Of a stretch of 64,000 nt of DNA, positions 60,560 to 64,000 are shown piece after piece (position 1 is the first letter of the stretch; every line of letters starts with the position of its first letter). A program made the translations under genes and the position numbers. The notes under the pieces are model-generated. The model made no database searches. It was not told where the DNA came from and saw only the letters and a list, made by a program, of their open reading frames with translations. Origin of the DNA: Rhynchopus sp. YZ270_cl-10 (taxonomy: Eukaryota); assembly GCA_964035575.1 (NCBI GenBank), contig OZ037839.1, positions 1,612,001 through 1,676,000 of the forward strand, given 5' to 3'.

Positions 60560-61495
60560 ATGAGCCTCAAACTCGTAAAGTCTATGTGGGGAGTGGACGA
60601 GCTTGCTGACCCTGCCCTTCGCAAGACTATGTTCGCACGCGTCGTGGCAGAGGGCTACGAAGCCGTGGACATGCACGCTGTATGCTGGCGGCACCCTGGC
60701 GTGCTTGACGACCTGCACACTGCGGGGCTTGCCCTGGTAGCAACGATACACACGACGTCTGTCTGTGACGCAGGGTTCGAAGGGTTCAAGGTTATGACGG
60801 CATGGGGTGTTCATGAGCACCTAGCGTCGTTTACGATGCTTGCAAACGAGGCTGCCAAAATGGGTGCCATCGCGATCAACGCACACAGCGGTGTCGATGG
60901 GTGGAGCGTCGACGAGGCCCGCACCTACCTCCGCGGCGCGCTTGCTGTGGAACGCTCTTTGTCCCCATCCGTCCCCATCTTCCACGAGACGCACCGCCTG
61001 CGTCTCTTCTGGAGCCCCTTCAACCTGCGCGATGTGCTGCAAGGTGCTGACGACCTGGCCGACATTAAGCTGAACTGCGACATCTCACACTGGGTTGTCT
61101 GTTTGGAACGACTCTTTGGGAGTGGATCATCGATTGCAGGAGCACAGCACGACCCATGGTGGCCAGAGGTGCTGGGGATGCTCAAGGCGCGTTGTGGCAT
61201 GATCCATGCGCGTGTGGGGTATGGAGAAGGCTCGCAGGTGCCCAACCCCGCAGCACCTGAGTATGCAACAGAGCTAACCGCCTTCCTCGGGTACTGGAAG
61301 GAGATCGTGCAGGCGCAGGTGGCAAGGAAAACGCCCAGCATTGTAGTCCCGGAGCACGGCCCCTGGCCGTATCAGCAGAGTGTGCCGTTTGCAGCGACGG
61401 CACCGAACCACAGCATCTGGGAGGCAAATGAGTTTGTGAAGACGGTGGTGGCGGAACGCTTCCCGCAGTGGGTGGAGGAGGTGGGGGAGGTGTGA
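60560..61495 (+). CDS. Xylose isomerase-like TIM-barrel protein (sugar phosphate isomerase/epimerase family), 311 aa
   Basis: Motifs KSMWG, INAHSG, HETHR, DISHW, IHARVG..QVPNP and PEHGP. The ATG at 60560 follows a pyrimidine-rich CAG. Confidence 0.8.
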   Translation: MSLKLVKSMWGVDELADPALRKTMFARVVAEGYEAVDMHAVCWRHPGVLDDLHTAGLALVATIHTTSVCDAGFEGFKVMTAWGVHEHLASFTMLANEAAKMGAIAINAHSGVDGWSVDEARTYLRGALAVERSLSPSVPIFHETHRLRLFWSPFNLRDVLQGADDLADIKLNCDISHWVVCLERLFGSGSSIAGAQHDPWWPEVLGMLKARCGMIHARVGYGEGSQVPNPAAPEYATELTAFLGYWKEIVQAQVARKTPSIVVPEHGPWPYQQSVPFAATAPNHSIWEANEFVKTVVAERFPQWVEEVGEV

Positions 61496-62129
61496 TTGGA
61501 GGCAAAAGAGAAAAAAAAAATATGTGTGTGATTCGCTCTTCCTTGAATTCTTTTGTTTGTGCTATTTCCACCTGATTTTTACCCCGTGTACCGGATACCC
61601 GCCTTTTCGCGCCTTTTCGCGGGGGAAAATCAGGTGGTATTTAAATATTTTAAAAAAACGTTGCAAACAGCTATTCACAGAGAAACAGTACCCTGCCGCT
61701 GCACTATTTTCTGTTAAAAGATGTGTGTGCAGCAAGACCCAGGAGGCACATCTATCAAATGTTCTTCTGTTCTTCTGAATTAAATAGTGTCGAACTCAGC
61801 TCCTTTAAGTCCTTGCAGAGAGCAGGGGGAATAGGATAAGAGAGACCGGCAAGTGGAATGTGGTATTCCTCGAAGGCTCTCGGTTCACCTCACCCCAGCT
61901 CAAAACAAGACAAAAAAAAAAAAACATTTTTTATAAAGGTAATGAAGCAACGGTGCCATGGCTCAGGATCGTCGCTGCTTTTTTACCTTTCTCGCATCGC
62001 ATTGTTTTTGTCTATTTTCATCGAAAAATATGGGAAATAAAAGTATCATTTGCACACCCGCATCCTGTGGAAAACCCCATACTATTTCAACCTACTTCAC
62101 ATTCAGCAGGGTCACACCCCAGAAGTAAA

Positions 62130-64000
62130 ATGGACCTGTCCGAGGATGGGGTGGCCGGGTACGGTGTTGATGGAGAGCAGAAGGAAGTGATGGATGGTGC
62201 TGGGCAGCGTGCTCCTTCGTCGTGTGGAGAGGCGGGTGGGTGTGCACACAGCACCTCAACCTCCACGTCACCTGAGCCTGTGCGTGCCAGCAGCAACCGT
62301 GTCAACCCGTATCTATTCATGGACCCGGAGCGTGCAGCGTCGCCCCACCCAAGCCCGCCCCCTGCGACCACATCATCGCACCAGGTACCGCACGCAGCCC
62401 ACCCCCAGAGTGAGGTGGAGGGTGTGTGTGTGGGCAGTGGGGTGGCTGGGGAAGTGATGGATGGTGCTGGGCAGCGTGCGCCTTCGTGTGGAGAGGCGGG
62501 TGGGTGTGCACACAGCACCTCAACCTCCACATCACCTGAGCCTGTGCGTGCCAGCAGCAACCGTGTCAACCCGTATCTATTCATGGACCCCGAGCGTGCA
62601 GCGTCGCCCCACCCAAGTCCGCCCCCTGAGAAGTCATTGTCACGCTCCTGCCCTTCGTGCGCGTATGTCATATTTTAAAGAAATGCATCATTTCCCCACA
62701 CCCTCACAGCTTCAAGAACAAACCTTCGTTGACGCGGTGCATTATGTGCGACAGTGTTTTGGCAGAGCGGCGAAGGTCCTCTTCTCACAGCATGCATGGT
62801 ACCGACGCTGTGGACACAACGTGCAACGGCTGTCCAACCACATCACCACCACCGCCACCGCCACCACCACCCTCCTCCGCTGTTATCCCTGTCACCAACG
62901 ACTGGCCTTCCTTTCCCTCTACAGTTGCGTGGCTTGAGGGTGTGTGTGGATGCGAGCTTGATGTCTCGGATGTAGTCACTACCACACCATCACTGTCTCT
63001 GGAGGAAGGCGACGTGCACCCTGCGGTGATGTGCAGTGCGGACGGCGACGTCGTGCTTGGTGTCGGGGATACAGTCAGAACAAAGCCGTACAGCGCACAG
63101 CTTCTGCATCAACGCTGCGGGTGGGCGCGCAGCATGGCTGTGTTCTGCGGACGGGAGGGCACGATTGAGAGGCTGCAGGTCAATGAGGACCGTGCTCAGG
63201 TTCTGCTTGCGTTCGTTGGATGCGAGATCGACCCTGCGTACACGGTTAACGGACGGCGCGACGTCTGCTGGTTCGACTACGAAAGCCTCGACTGCCGCGC
63301 AGGGACACGCCTCCCCACACCACCCGGTGGATGGTACGAACGGCTCCTGCGCTTCCCCTTCGCTGTGGGCGACTCTGTGCGTGTACAGCCGTACTGCGAC
63401 GCAATGCGAGCCATGCGCTGTGGGTGGGACACATCTGCACGCGACACTGCCGGCCAGGTCGGCACCATCGTATGCGTCTTCATCACCGCCGCCGCCGCCC
63501 AGGTGCAACTTTCCTTCTCAACAACCTCAGGCTGGCGCCAGGTCTGGTGGGACCTAGAGTACCTTGAAATCCCTGCATACCGTGTCAAGCAGGCGCATAC
63601 TACAATGACAGGGTTCTGTAAGGGTACTGTGACCATCAAAGCAAGCAGTGTGCGCAGCTGCCCGCGGCACCATTCATGTGAATGGGTGCGCAACCCATAC
63701 TCTAGCCGGGGCTGTGCGACTGTTGAGTGTGAGGGCTGTGGCCACAGCGTCACGGACAGAGCGGTGCTGCACTGCGACACATGCGACTTCGATCTGTGTG
63801 AGGACTGCGCTGCAGACACGAAAGTCATTTCGCGCGCCACCGACGCGCTCACCGCGATGTCCTGCCTCATCCGTGTAGGCGACATACCCGAACCATGGCT
63901 GCCCCCACTCACCAAGGCGCTTGAGAAGAACGCATACGGCCACGTTGCCCTGCGTCGCATCGTCCTCGAGGATGGGCGTGACGCGGTGCACCTCTGCACG
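62130..64000 (+). CDS. Spliced gene (exons 62130-62662 and 62710->64000): RanBP2/NZF zinc finger, two Mind-bomb-repeat (SH3-like) segments, ZZ-type zinc finger; runs off the window
   Basis: Splicing gives CPSCAFKNKPSLTRCIMC (C-x2-C-x3-N-x6-C-x2-C). Exon 2 is open to the window end, with VGDTVRTKPY..CGW..GREGTI, VGDSVRVQPY..CGW..GQVGTI and CEGC..HCDTCDFDLCEDC (63728-63808). Confidence 0.75.
62183..62628 (+). repeat. ~180-bp internal coding duplication (62183-62364 / 62450-62628)
   Basis: EVMDGAGQRAPS..PHPSPPP occurs twice, nearly identical. Confidence 0.92.
62663..62709 (+). other. 47-nt spliceosomal GT-AG intron
   Basis: GTATGT...CCCTCACAG. Removal restores an intact RanBP2-type finger in frame (GC|C = Ala). 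Confidence 0.8.

Noticed and set aside
35887..63999. Minus-strand and alternative-frame ORFs overlapping the LRR, ankyrin, USP, TIM-barrel and zinc-finger genes
   Set aside because: These are shadow ORFs of repetitive or GC-rich coding sequence, with no recognisable domains.

Overview
Eukaryotic DNA, most likely a euglenozoan or diplonemid-like protist. This is inferred from all genes lying on the + strand, polypyrimidine-AG acceptors about 20 nt before the ATGs, one short GT-AG intron and an ingi-like retroposon signature. Bases 1-33947 are a nearly invariant 406-bp satellite with one 200-N gap. Every unit carries one terminal inverted repeat (TIR) of a CAC...GTG DNA transposon whose opposite end is at 35899. 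From 35.9 to 60.4 kb is a tandem array of ubiquitin-like (Ubl) + BspA-type LRR genes (5 ORF-intact, 2 disrupted, plus fragments). Their DNA is almost identical except at hypervariable codons and in LRR number, and they surround a similarly diversified 300-bp-unit ankyrin gene. One LRR gene is split by a nested insertion. The outer part is a ~0.6-kb SINE-like element (19-bp target-site duplication [TSD], Pr77/HDV-ribozyme-like 5' end). It is interrupted by a 6.8-kb TIR element (5-bp TSD, bipartite TIRs with 10/21-bp spacers) carrying a 122-bp tandem array and a USP deubiquitinase ORF but no transposase. The window ends with a xylose-isomerase-like TIM-barrel gene and an intron-containing NZF/Mib-repeat/ZZ zinc-finger gene. 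All calls are by eye; no database search was run.
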